From positions 107,471 to 171,470 of the forward strand of contig CAWJFQ010000010.1 in assembly GCA_963842215.1 (NCBI GenBank): a DNA stretch of 64,000 nt, written 5' to 3'. The notes beneath the pieces were generated by a model. It worked only from the letters and a program-made list of their open reading frames with translations. It was not told the origin of the DNA and made no database searches. Source of the stretch: an uncultured delta proteobacterium (lineage in GTDB: Bacteria > Desulfobacterota > Binatia > Binatales > Binataceae). Shown here piece by piece: positions 39,158-47,976 of this stretch. The stretch's first letter is position 1. Every line of letters starts with the position of its first letter. Made by a program: the position numbers and the translations under genes.

Positions 39158-39195
39158 CTAGTTCATGATTAGCTATTAGTTCGCGACTGGCTATT

Positions 39196-40756
39196 ATGAC
39201 CCTCAAAGCTGCTGCCGCGATCGCCGGGATCGCCATCCTCATCGCCGTCCTCACCCTCCATCGGTTGGGCGCCGGCGACGTCTGCACCGGCAACGAGGCC
39301 GTCGAAGGCGTCTTCGTCCAGCAGATGGTCGAACACGGGCATCTCCTGTTCCCGGTCGAGAACGGCAATGTCCCGATGTACAAGCCGCCGCTCTTTCACT
39401 GGACCGCCGCCGCCATCGATCGCCTCGCCGGAATCGAGAAAGTGACTGCGACCAACCTCCGCCTGCCATCCGCACTCTACGCGATCGCTGGCGCGCTGCT
39501 CACGATGCTGCTTGCGTACGAAATTCTCGGCCTCGACGCCGCCGTCCTCGCCGGGCTGGCGCTCGCCGCCTCCTATCAGTACGTCAGCCAGGGCCGTTTC
39601 GGCCGCGTCGACATGACGCTGTGCTTCTTCGAGTCCCTCGCCCTGTTCGCTTTCCTGTGGTGGATGCCGCGGGACGCGACCTTGTCCGGCCGCGACGCGC
39701 GATTCGAATCCAGCTTGTCTGCGCTCTATCTGATGGCGGCTGCGCTCGGCCTCGGGGTCCTGGCCAAGGGCCCGGTCGGCGCGATTCTTCCCGGCGCCTC
39801 GATCCTGATCTTCATGATGGTCGAGCGCCGCGGACCTCAGATCCTCACGATGCTCGATCCCGGCGCGATCATCCTCGGTGGAGCGATCGCGTCGAGCTGG
39901 TATCTCGCCTGCTACTTCGGCGGACGTTTCGCCTTCCTCAATCGCCAGCTCGACACCGAAAATGTCGGCCGCTTCTTCGGCTCACTTGGCGCGATGGCGC
40001 CGTGGTACTACCTGAAACCCGTCATCCTGAATTCGGCCCCGCTGAGCATTCTCGTCCCAATCGCCGCGATCTACGCATTACTCACTCCATTAGTCAGTCG
40101 TAGCAACGAGACTGATGTAGTCAAACCGCCATTCACCTCCGCTCGCGCCCGCTCCGCCGTCCGCCTCTTCGCGATATTCTACTTTGCCACCGTCGTCTTC
40201 TTCAGCATCGCCGCTTACAAGCGCCGCTCCTATTTGCTGCCGGTATGGCCCGCCGCCGCCGTGATTCTCGCATGGTGGATCGTCACCGCTGCCTCCGCTT
40301 GCATGGCGCCGACCCGCGACCGTGACATTCGCCGCGCTATGCGCCGGGCTGGCAGTCTTCAACTTCATCTATATACCGCGCGCAGAAGTGCTCGCCTGCC
40401 GCGACGATTCTTTCCGCCCCGCCGCTGAAGAAATCGCCCGCGTAGTCGCGCCCGCCGATCCGCTGTTTCTTTATGGATTTCAGGAAGAGGTCGCGCCGCT
40501 TCTGTTCTACCTCGATCGCGACGCTCCGGTTTTGCAGGGCCGTCTCGGCGACGCGCCGCCCGGCTTCGTCATCGTCCCCGCCCACTTCTGGAAAATGCAT
40601 CAGCGCGACGCGCTCGACTTCGAGCCCGTGCTGACTTCCGAACACGGCAATCGCCGCCTCGTACTCCTCAAGCGCGGCAAGTCCTACGCCTTCGCGCGCC
40701 CTCCACTCTTCGACGCCCGCGCCACCGCCTTGTACCTTTCGCATTCGACCAGGTGA
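39196..40756 (+). pseudogene. Glycosyltransferase family 39 (ArnT/PMT_2-like), interrupted by a +1 frameshift near 40290-40320
   Basis: ORF 39196..40428 carries EAVEGVFVQQMVEHGHLLFPVENGNVPMYKPPLFHW and about 10 TM. ORF 40322..40756 (frame +1) supplies a further TM (TFAALCAGLAVFNFIYIP) and a soluble C-terminal domain. After about 40300 the first frame turns Arg-rich junk. Confidence 0.7.
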
Positions 40757-41271
40757 TCGTTGACCATCCCGGTCGCCTGCATCATCGCGTAGCAAATCGT
40801 CGAGCCAACGAACTTGAACCCGCGCGCGAGCAATTCTTTGCTCATCGCATCCGACTCGGCCGTGCGCGCCGGTACCTGCTTGAGCGCGGTCCATTTGTTG
40901 ATCAGCGGCCGCCCGCCCACGAAGCGCCAGATGTATTCGTCAAAGGTGCCGAATTCCTTCTGCACCGCGACAAACGCTTTCGCATTGCCAATCGTGGAAT
41001 TGATCTTCAGCCGGTTGCGAACGATCCCGGCGTCGGCGAGAAGTCTCGCGACATCGCGATCGCCGAACTTCGCCACCCGCCTCGGCTCGAATCCCTTGAA
41101 CGCGACGCGGTAAGCATCGCGCTTGCGCAGAATCGTGTCCCAGCTCAGCCCAGCCTGCGCGCCCTCGAGCGTGATAAACTCGAACCACCGCAGATCGTCA
41201 TGCACCGGCACTCCCCACTCTTCATCGTGGTAACGAATCGCCAACTCATTGCGCGCCCATCCACACCGCAT
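40684..41271 (-). CDS. tag: DNA-3-methyladenine glycosylase I
   Basis: RCGWA...YHDEEWGVPVHDD..FEFITLEGAQAGLSWDTILRKR...VNDHLVEC blocks. Trimmed from 41376 (which is a translation of repeat A) to the ATG at 41271. Confidence 0.85.
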   Translation of the reverse strand: MRCGWARNELAIRYHDEEWGVPVHDDLRWFEFITLEGAQAGLSWDTILRKRDAYRVAFKGFEPRRVAKFGDRDVARLLADAGIVRNRLKINSTIGNAKAFVAVQKEFGTFDEYIWRFVGGRPLINKWTALKQVPARTAESDAMSKELLARGFKFVGSTICYAMMQATGMVNDHLVECERYKAVARASKSGGRAKA

Positions 41272-41292
41272 ATTGTTTCTTTCAGTTAAAAC

Positions 41293-41396
41293 TTCTAACA
41301 GGGACGAAGTCCCGCATTTTTCCTTCTTATCACTGGGTGCAGGGGTCACCCCTGCCCAAGGAAGCGTGAAACCCACGGAGGGGTTTCACATTAAAT
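41293..41396 (+). repeat. Element A copy 3 (full length)
   Basis: TTCTAACAGGGACGAAGTCCCGCA...CACTGGGTGCAGGGGTCACCCCTGCCCAAGGAAGCGTGAAACCCACGGAGGGGTTTCACATTAAAT. Confidence 0.9.
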
Positions 41397-41419
41397 CAAG
41401 TGATTTGCCCTTCCCCTTA

Positions 41420-42968
41420 CTACGCGCCACTCGCGCTCTTCCGCTCCGGCTCCTGCTCCGCCGCTTTCTCCGCCGACTTTTCCGCGCAGCGCCGCTTCAA
41501 CTCCGCGAACGCGTCATCGACGAACGCCTTCATCAGTGCGACATCGGGCATCACGCGCGGGTCCGCCATCATTCCGAAGTATAAACTCTTATAGTAACTG
41601 AGTATTGCGACTGCATACCCCATCGTCGCGCCGAGCGGAACCAGCGGTACCATGTCGAGACATACATGACCGTTGATATATTGCGGCACCTGCACGCCCG
41701 GCACGTTGGTCGCGATAAAGTTTATTCCGAACGCGGGCAGCCCGAAGCCGTCCGGCCGTGGCTTCCAGTCCGTCCACTTCGCCAGCCGTCCCCCGACGTC
41801 CAGCATCGTGGTCATCGCGCGCGAGGCCGGGCCAATCATGCTCGGTGGAATCGCGTCGCTGAGCTGCATCATGGCTTCCAGAGCCTGCGCCGACCCTGCC
41901 GCCTTGATCCGCTCGGTCTCCTCGTGGATCAGTTTCAGCCGCTCGACGACGTCCATCGGCGCCGCCGGCGCGGTCGGGAACATCATCGACACCCGATTGC
42001 CTAGCGAGCTCCTTTCACTTTTTTGCCGCACATTGACCGGACATCCAATACACAGTTGCTGTCCCTCGACGGCGTACCCATGATGCTGCAAATAGCGCGC
42101 AGCGCCCTCGGTCAACATAGCCAGTACGACATCATTAACCGATCCGCCAAACGCCGATCTGATTGCGCGAAAGTCCGCGAACGATTGACGCGTCCATGCC
42201 ACGATCCGGTCCTGCGTAACCGGGGTGGAGTTCCACGGCGTCGCCACTATTCGCCGCGTCATCAGCTCGGTCATTTGCCGCGACGCCTCGCCCAATTGCC
42301 GCGCGCGCTCCGTTACCGCCGCCGGATCCTCGATCGCTTCGACCGCCGCGTTGATCGTCGCGTTGACCGTGCCTTGAATCTGACTCGCGCACCGCCTCCG
42401 CGAATCGCCGAATCAGGCTCGACGGCCGCGCCGCCACCCACGGCTCCGGCGGCTGCGGGATATCCTCGGGCTCCGCGCGGAAATCGTACATCACTTTCAG
42501 CAACTCGACCCCCGACACCCCGTCGACCAGGCAATGATGCACCTTCCACATCAGCGCAGTACGATTTCCCTTAAGATTCTGGAACGTGTGCAATTCCCAC
42601 AGCGGATGCTTGCGGTCGAGCGGCTTCTGAAAGATGCGCATCATTTCCGCCAGCGCGTCGGCTTCACTCATCGCCTCGGGCAGCTCATGCAGATGCACGT
42701 GATTGTCGAGCGAGAATTCCGGGTCATCCTCCATCATTGCGTGCGCGAAATTCAGCGGCACTTCGATCAGCCGCTGGCGGTAGCGCGGCACCAGATGCAT
42801 CCGTTCTTCGAAATGCCCCAGCAGCCCGTGGAAATCGACCCGCCCTTCGAACAGCCCGATCGATCCGATATGCAGCGGTCCGCTTTGCGATTCGCCGTAG
42901 ATAAAGGTTGCGTCCTGGGTCGATAGCCGATAGCTCGAGGCGGACGGAAAGGTAGATTTTTCGGCCAT
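41420..42968 (-). pseudogene. Wax ester synthase/diacylglycerol acyltransferase (WS/DGAT), interrupted by a +1 frameshift near 42378-42392
   Basis: ORF 42135..42968 has the HHCLVDGVSG active-site motif. ORF 41420..42295 is the C-terminal DUF1298-type half (SVNDVVLAMLTEGAARYL). The downstream frame already reads plausibly (SQIQGTVNATINAAVEAIEDP) from about 42385. Confidence 0.75.
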
Positions 42969-43230
42969 TTTTACTCACCTCCGAGCCGATTTCCCTGGCT
43001 TGGCTCACGGTGCGGTAACCGTCCCAGCAGAGAACACCCTGGAAATGACATTGCCGCAGACTGCCCAGCTTGGCAGGCATGGTCTATTCAGTGCAAGCCG
43101 AATTCCTGGGCAGTTATGCTTGCCGCGCCGTGCGCTCTGATCAAGGATAGCGATCCGCGCGAGCTACAATCTTCTTACCTGGGTTCTCGCTCGCAGCGCT
43201 TGCATACCGTAGTCCGTCGCGGAGGTCCCG

Positions 43231-43812
43231 ATGGCCGAGCAGATCAAAACCAATCGCCCTTATCCTATTCAGCTTAAATTGCGCGACGGCCACGGCGCCT
43301 CCATTCGCGTTATGGAGCCCGCTGACCTCGACCGGATTATCGACTTCGCCAAGGACCTCCCCGCCGACGACCTGCTCTTCCTTCGCACCGACATCACCGA
43401 CCGCGCCGTCGTCAAGCAATGGATCGATAACATCAAGAACGGAACCACCATCACTCTGCTGGCCGAGATCGACGGCGACCTGGCCGCCTACGCCAGCGTT
43501 CATCTGGATCAGGCGCGATGGACCCGGCGGGTCGGCGAAATTCGAATCATTACTTCGTCGCGCTACCGTGGCGCGGGACTCGGCCGCCGGCTCGCGGCCG
43601 AAGTTTTCGATCTCGCGCGTTCGCTCGGGCTCAAAAAGATCACCGCCCAGATGACGACCGAGCAGACCGCCGCGCGCGCCGCCTTCGAGCATCTCGGCTT
43701 TCAAGTCGAGGCGATGCTCTCCGATTGGGTCGAGGACCGTCGCGGCCGTTCGCGCGATCTCCTCATCATGACCTACGACGTCGACGGCTTCTCCGACCGC
43801 GTCGTCGCGTAG
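43231..43812 (+). CDS. GNAT family N-acetyltransferase
   Basis: YRGAGLGRRLAAEVFDLARSLGLKKITAQ (motif A, R/Q-x-x-G-x-G/A) and AAFEHLGF blocks. Confidence 0.75.
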   Translation: MAEQIKTNRPYPIQLKLRDGHGASIRVMEPADLDRIIDFAKDLPADDLLFLRTDITDRAVVKQWIDNIKNGTTITLLAEIDGDLAAYASVHLDQARWTRRVGEIRIITSSRYRGAGLGRRLAAEVFDLARSLGLKKITAQMTTEQTAARAAFEHLGFQVEAMLSDWVEDRRGRSRDLLIMTYDVDGFSDRVVA

Positions 43813-43816
43813 TCTG

Positions 43817-43896
43817 CTTTCTTAAACACCGGGTGCAGGGGTCACCGCTGCCCAGGGAGGTGCGGAACCCACGGCGGGTTCCGCATTCAATTAAGC
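43817..43896 (+). repeat. Element A copy 4 (lacks the first hairpin; third hairpin GCGGAAC...GTTCCGC)
   Basis: CACCGGGTGCAGGGGTCACCGCTGCCCAGGGAGGTGCGGAACCCACGGCGGGTTCCGCATTCAAT. Confidence 0.85.
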
Positions 43897-44247
43897 CCTC
43901 AACCCATCCGGCAATCGAAACGATCCATCCACATCGCACGGCAACTCGACCACCCGCACCACCGCATCGAGGTTCAACTCTCCATATAGATGAGGAAACT
44001 GCTCGCCCGCCGCCTCACCATGCGCCCCCGCCGGCGCCTCGTACCTCAACTCCGCCTTCAGTCGGGACTCGTCGATACACAAAACCACGAGCCCCGCATG
44101 CCCTCGATAGAACCGGTTGGCAGTATCGGCCAGCTGCGCGACCGTCGAGCAATGGATAAATCCCTCGGCGCTAACGCTCGCCGGCGCGTACCTCCCGCGC
44201 ACAGCCGCTTCCGTCCACTCGATGTGCTTGACTATATGAAAGATCAT
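43891..44247 (-). CDS. DUF952 family protein
   Basis: MIFHIVKHIEW...EGFIHCST...LVVLCIDESRL...FPHLYGELNLDAV pattern. Trimmed to the ATG at 44247. Confidence 0.7.
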   Translation of the reverse strand: MIFHIVKHIEWTEAAVRGRYAPASVSAEGFIHCSTVAQLADTANRFYRGHAGLVVLCIDESRLKAELRYEAPAGAHGEAAGEQFPHLYGELNLDAVVRVVELPCDVDGSFRLPDGLRA

Positions 44248-44334
44248 CGCAAGTGATATCGAATCATTCAGGCGTCCATCGATCGAGACCGCAAAAAATT
44301 GTTCTGCGCACGTCCCGCAAGGAGTCCAATTCAC

Positions 44335-45162
44335 ATGAAGCGCCGAATCAGCCTGCCGATGTCCATACTCCTCATCTTGTCGATCGCAGCGATCTCGATT
44401 CTCCGGCCCGCGGATGCGACCCCGTCAGACACCGGCACCCTCGCCGCGCTGCAAGCGGCGGTTGACGGATCAAATCGCTCCGAAGCCAACAAGGCTCGCG
44501 GCAAGTATCGCCATCCGGTCGAGACGCTGACCTTCTTCGGCATTCAGCCCGATATGACCGTGGTCGAAATCTCGCCGGGCGCCGGATGGTACACCGAAAT
44601 CCTCGCACCATTCCTCAAAGACCAAGGCAAACTCTACGAGGCCGTCGGCGGAGGCCCGGGCGCCAAGGCCTTCGCCGACAAGCTCAAATCCGATCCCGCG
44701 GTCTACAGCCAGGTGATAGTGACGACGCTGCAGCCGCCGGCCCAAACCGATATCGCACCCGCCGGCTCCGCTGACATGGTCCTGACGTTTCGCAACGTCC
44801 ACGACTGGCTCCCGCGCGGCACCACCCAGGACTACTTCAAGGCCTTTTATCGAGCGCTGAAGCCGGGCGGCATCCTGGGCATAACCGACCATCGCGCCGA
44901 TCCAACGCAGCCGCAGGATCCAAAGGCCAAAAATGGATACGTGCGCCAGGACTATATGATCCAGCTTGCGGAGCAGGCCGGTTTCAAACTGGCAGGCTCA
45001 TCTGAAATCAACGCAAACCCCAAAGACCTGCGCGACCACCCGGTATGGAATCTGCCGCCAACCTTGCGCCAGGGCGAAAAAGATCGCGACAAGTACCTCG
45101 CGATAGGCGAGAGCGACCGAATGACCCTGAAGTTCATCAAACCAGCAGACACGGCGCACTGA
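44335..45162 (+). CDS. Exported class I SAM-dependent methyltransferase
   Basis: AAGGAG precedes the ATG at 44335. Signal MKRRISLPMSILLILSIAAISILRPADA, then VVEISPGAGWYTEIL (motif I) and LKPGGILGITDH. Confidence 0.75.
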   Translation: MKRRISLPMSILLILSIAAISILRPADATPSDTGTLAALQAAVDGSNRSEANKARGKYRHPVETLTFFGIQPDMTVVEISPGAGWYTEILAPFLKDQGKLYEAVGGGPGAKAFADKLKSDPAVYSQVIVTTLQPPAQTDIAPAGSADMVLTFRNVHDWLPRGTTQDYFKAFYRALKPGGILGITDHRADPTQPQDPKAKNGYVRQDYMIQLAEQAGFKLAGSSEINANPKDLRDHPVWNLPPTLRQGEKDRDKYLAIGESDRMTLKFIKPADTAH

Positions 45163-45200
45163 CACACGAACGCCAATAAACTTCCTGCCGGAAGAACTTG

Positions 45201-45304
45201 ATTGAATGTGAAACCCACCGTGGGTTTCACACTTCCTTGGGCAGGGGTAACCCCTGCACCTTAGTAAAATAAGGAAAGATGCGGGACTCCGTCCCTGTTA
45301 GGAA
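45201..45304 (-). repeat. Element A copy 5 (full length, inverted orientation)
   Basis: AATGTGAAACCCACCGTGGGTTTCACACTTCCTTGGGCAGGGGTAACCCCTGCAC...GCGGGACTCCGTCCCTGTTAGGAA. Confidence 0.9.
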
Positions 45305-45324
45305 GTTAGCAAGCAGCCATCTGC

Positions 45325-45820
45325 TCTGTCTCCTCTCCCTGTAAGGGAGAGGATGAAGGTGAGGGTCCAAATATAGCGCCCTGCGCGATTCAGGATTCTG
45401 CTCTTTGGTCTAATAGCCCAGCGGAAGTTACGCAAAGGTCTCCTGTAAGGAGAGCTGTGCGTAACTGCTTCGCGTCCCCTCTGTCCCCTCTCCCTGCAAG
45501 GGAGAGGAAGGGTGAGGGTCCTATTACAGCGCCCTGCGCGATTCAGGATTCCGCTCTCTGATCCGATCTCCCCGCTGAACGTATGCAAAGCTCTCTTGCA
45601 GGGAGAGGAGACCGAGCAGTATTGCCTCGCTCCTTCATTCCGCGACACTCAATCTGTTACCTATCCTGCAGGTCTATTAGTTGCCGATCCCGCCGGTCTG
45701 TACCCGGCGCCGACCTCCCCTCGGACAACGGGAGGTCATAAGAGCGGAATCGTGAATCGCGCAGGGCGCTGTATTCGGACCCTCACCTTCATCCTCTCCC
45801 TTACAGGGAGAGGAGACAGA
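45325..45820. repeat. Element B cluster (two reverse units, one partial, one forward unit)
   Basis: Reverse units at 45325-45405 and 45421-45557, a partial hairpin at 45581-45613, and a forward unit at 45741-45820. The outer units are inverted copies of each other (4 mismatches in about 81 nt by eye). Confidence 0.85.
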
Positions 45821-45833
45821 CTTCCGCGCCAAT

Positions 45834-45936
45834 AAGTTCTAACAGGGACGAAGTCCCGCATCTTTATTTCTTATCACCGGGTGCAGGGGTCACCCCTGCC
45901 CAAGGAGGTGTGGAACCCACGGCGGGTTCCACTAAA
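45834..45936 (+). repeat. Element A copy 6 (full length; third hairpin GTGGAAC...GTTCCAC)
   Basis: TTCTAACAGGGACGAAGTCCCGCATC...CACCGGGTGCAGGGGTCACCCCTGCCCAAGGAGGTGTGGAACCCACGGCGGGTTCCACTAAAT. Confidence 0.9.
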
Positions 45937-45968
45937 TAAGTTTCCGGCCTTTCTCCTTCCCGCAAGCG

Positions 45969-46892
45969 CTATGCGCGCATCGCGCTGCGCGAATTCCCCA
46001 GCAGCATCTCGGCGACCGCGGTCAGATCATTATCGTCGTAGTAGTCGATCTCGATCCGGCCCGGGCTGCGTCCGCGCCGCTTGAAAATTCTAACCTTGCG
46101 CTTGAGCGCGCGTTGCAGACCCTCGGCCAGCGCGTTCAAATTGGCGTCGGCGGCCGATCGCGATGACCCAGTTTTGGAGTTGCGTGGGCGATTGGCAGTC
46201 GCCATTTCTTCGGCGCCGCGCGCCGAGATTCCGACCGCCGCGATTCGCCGCGCCGCCGATACTTGCGCCTCCTCCGATTCGATCGACAGCAGCGGCCGCG
46301 CCTGCCCTGCAGTGAGCTGTCTCATCGCGATCATATTCAAAATCTGCTGCGGCAGTTCCAGCAATCGGATCGAGTTGCTGACGTAGGGCCGGCTCTTGCC
46401 GACGCGCAGCGCGATTTCGTCCTGGGTGAGCCCGAAATGGTCCATCAGGCGGAAAAACGCGAGCCCTTCTTCGACTGCGTTCAAATCCTCGCGCACGATA
46501 TTTTCGACCAGCGACATTTCCAGCGCCGAGCGATCGTCGAGTTCCCGCACCACCACCGGCACGGCTTCCAGACCCGCCGCGCGCGCTGCACGCAGCCGGC
46601 GCTCGCCCGCGATCAGCTCATAGCGCGGGCCGTCGATATCAGACGCGTCTCCGATTCGCCGCACGATCAGCGGCTCGATAACTCCCTGGCTCTGGATCGC
46701 GCGGGTAAGTTCGGCCAGCCGGTCTTTGTCGAAATTTATCCGCGGCTGAAAAGGCCCGGGCGTGATACTTCCGACCGGCGCCATCTTGAATTGCGCACCG
46801 CCGCCGGTTTCATTGTCCGCGCCGGTCTCGATTTCCGGCGCGGCGTTTCCGATCAGCGCATCGAGCCCGCGTCCCAATGGTTTCCGCATCAT
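45969..46892 (-). CDS. parB: Chromosome partitioning protein ParB
   Basis: GRGLDALI, IEPLIVRR, YELIAGERRLRAA, and the HTH LTQDEIALRVGKSRPYVSNSIRLLELP. Confidence 0.92.
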   Translation of the reverse strand: MMRKPLGRGLDALIGNAAPEIETGADNETGGGAQFKMAPVGSITPGPFQPRINFDKDRLAELTRAIQSQGVIEPLIVRRIGDASDIDGPRYELIAGERRLRAARAAGLEAVPVVVRELDDRSALEMSLVENIVREDLNAVEEGLAFFRLMDHFGLTQDEIALRVGKSRPYVSNSIRLLELPQQILNMIAMRQLTAGQARPLLSIESEEAQVSAARRIAAVGISARGAEEMATANRPRNSKTGSSRSAADANLNALAEGLQRALKRKVRIFKRRGRSPGRIEIDYYDDNDLTAVAEMLLGNSRSAMRA

Positions 46893-46955
46893 CCTGGTAG
46901 TCCTCTGAAATCGCGATCGTGTTCGCCTCTAAAGCTCTGTCTCTCCTCGGAGTCC

Positions 46956-47012
46956 TTCCTAACACTGAGTGCAGGGTCACCCCTGCTGGAACCAAGCGGG
47001 TTCCGCATCAAA
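46956..47012 (+). repeat. Element A copy 7 (internally deleted, degenerate)
   Basis: TTCCTAACACTGAGTGCAGGGTCACCCCTGCTGGAACCAAGCGGGTTCCGCATCAAAT. Lies between parB and parA. Confidence 0.7.
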
Positions 47013-47837
47013 TCAAGTTCCCTCGCTCCTATTCTGCTCACGCGCGATTATCTCCGCGGCCAATGCGCGATAGCCGTCGGCACCGGCTGACTTCGATTCA
47101 TATTCGAGCACAGACAGTCCATGACTAGGGCTCTCGGACATCCGGACGCTGCGTGGGATCACGCTGCGAAAAACCTTTTCCGGAAAATGCTTTCTGACTT
47201 CGTTCGAGATTTCATGGCTCAGGCGATTTCGCGAGTCGAACATCGTCAGCACCAGGCCTTCGAGCTCGAGCGCCGGCCGGAGCGCCGCCTTGATTTTGTT
47301 GATCGTGCCGAGCAACGCGCTCAGACCCTCGAGCGCGTAGTACTCGCATTGCATCGGCACCAGCACCGAGTCGGCCGCCACCAATGCGTTCAGGGTGAGA
47401 ATTCCGAGCGAAGGCGGTGTATCTATTAGAACATAGTTATATTTTGCCCTGATTGGCTCCAGGAGCGCACGCAAGCGTCGCTCGCGACCTTCCATCGTCA
47501 CCAGCTCGATCTCGGCGCCGACCAGGTCGTCACCGGCCGGAGCGAGCGATAACGTCGGCCGTACCTGGCGCAGGATTTCCGTCATCGCCAGACCACCTAC
47601 CAGCGCCTGGTAGATAGTCTTGCCCTCGGCGCGCGCAGCGTTCACGTCTTCGGGGGTGGTGATACCGGAGGTGGCGTTGCCCTGGGGATCGAGGTCAACC
47701 AGCAGTACGCGGCGACCCGTATTGGCCAAGGCCACCGCCAGGTTAATAGCGGTCGTGGTTTTGCCGACGCCGCCTTTCTGATTGGCTATTGTGATTACCC
47801 GCCCCACGACCTGCACCGCAACCGAGCGCTCGGACAT
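47013..47837 (-). CDS. parA: Chromosome partitioning ATPase ParA/Soj
   Basis: Deviant Walker A IANQKGGVGKTTTAINLA, plus VLLVDLDPQGN and YVLIDTPPS. Confidence 0.92.
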   Translation of the reverse strand: MSERSVAVQVVGRVITIANQKGGVGKTTTAINLAVALANTGRRVLLVDLDPQGNATSGITTPEDVNAARAEGKTIYQALVGGLAMTEILRQVRPTLSLAPAGDDLVGAEIELVTMEGRERRLRALLEPIRAKYNYVLIDTPPSLGILTLNALVAADSVLVPMQCEYYALEGLSALLGTINKIKAALRPALELEGLVLTMFDSRNRLSHEISNEVRKHFPEKVFRSVIPRSVRMSESPSHGLSVLEYESKSAGADGYRALAAEIIAREQNRSEGT

Positions 47838-47842
47838 TTCAA

Positions 47843-47858
47843 CGTTTCACGTGAAACA
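47843..47858. other. parS site 1 (CGTTTCACGTGAAACA)
   Basis: Matches the conserved parS TGTTNCACGTGAAACA at 15 of 16 positions. Lies just upstream of the parA start. Confidence 0.85.
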
Positions 47859-47957
47859 TTCGGCCCGCAAATCATTAAATCCCCGCGATCGCAGAAAATC
47901 AAATCGCGCGATCACATTTGCACAAACGACTGAATTCTAAGGATTTTCTAGGACGAA

Positions 47958-47973
47958 CGTTTCACGTGAAACG
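47958..47973. other. parS site 2 (CGTTTCACGTGAAACG)
   Basis: Matches consensus at 14 of 16 positions and is a perfect palindrome. Lies between the rsmG stop and the parA start. Confidence 0.8.
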
Positions 47974-47976
47974 TTT

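Noticed and set aside
40684-40756. 73-nt convergent overlap between the GT39 C-terminal ORF and tag
   Set aside because: It is probably just non-essential C-terminal tails of one or both ORFs, since the Tag core ends at ...VNDHLVEC. It is not treated as a regulatory feature.
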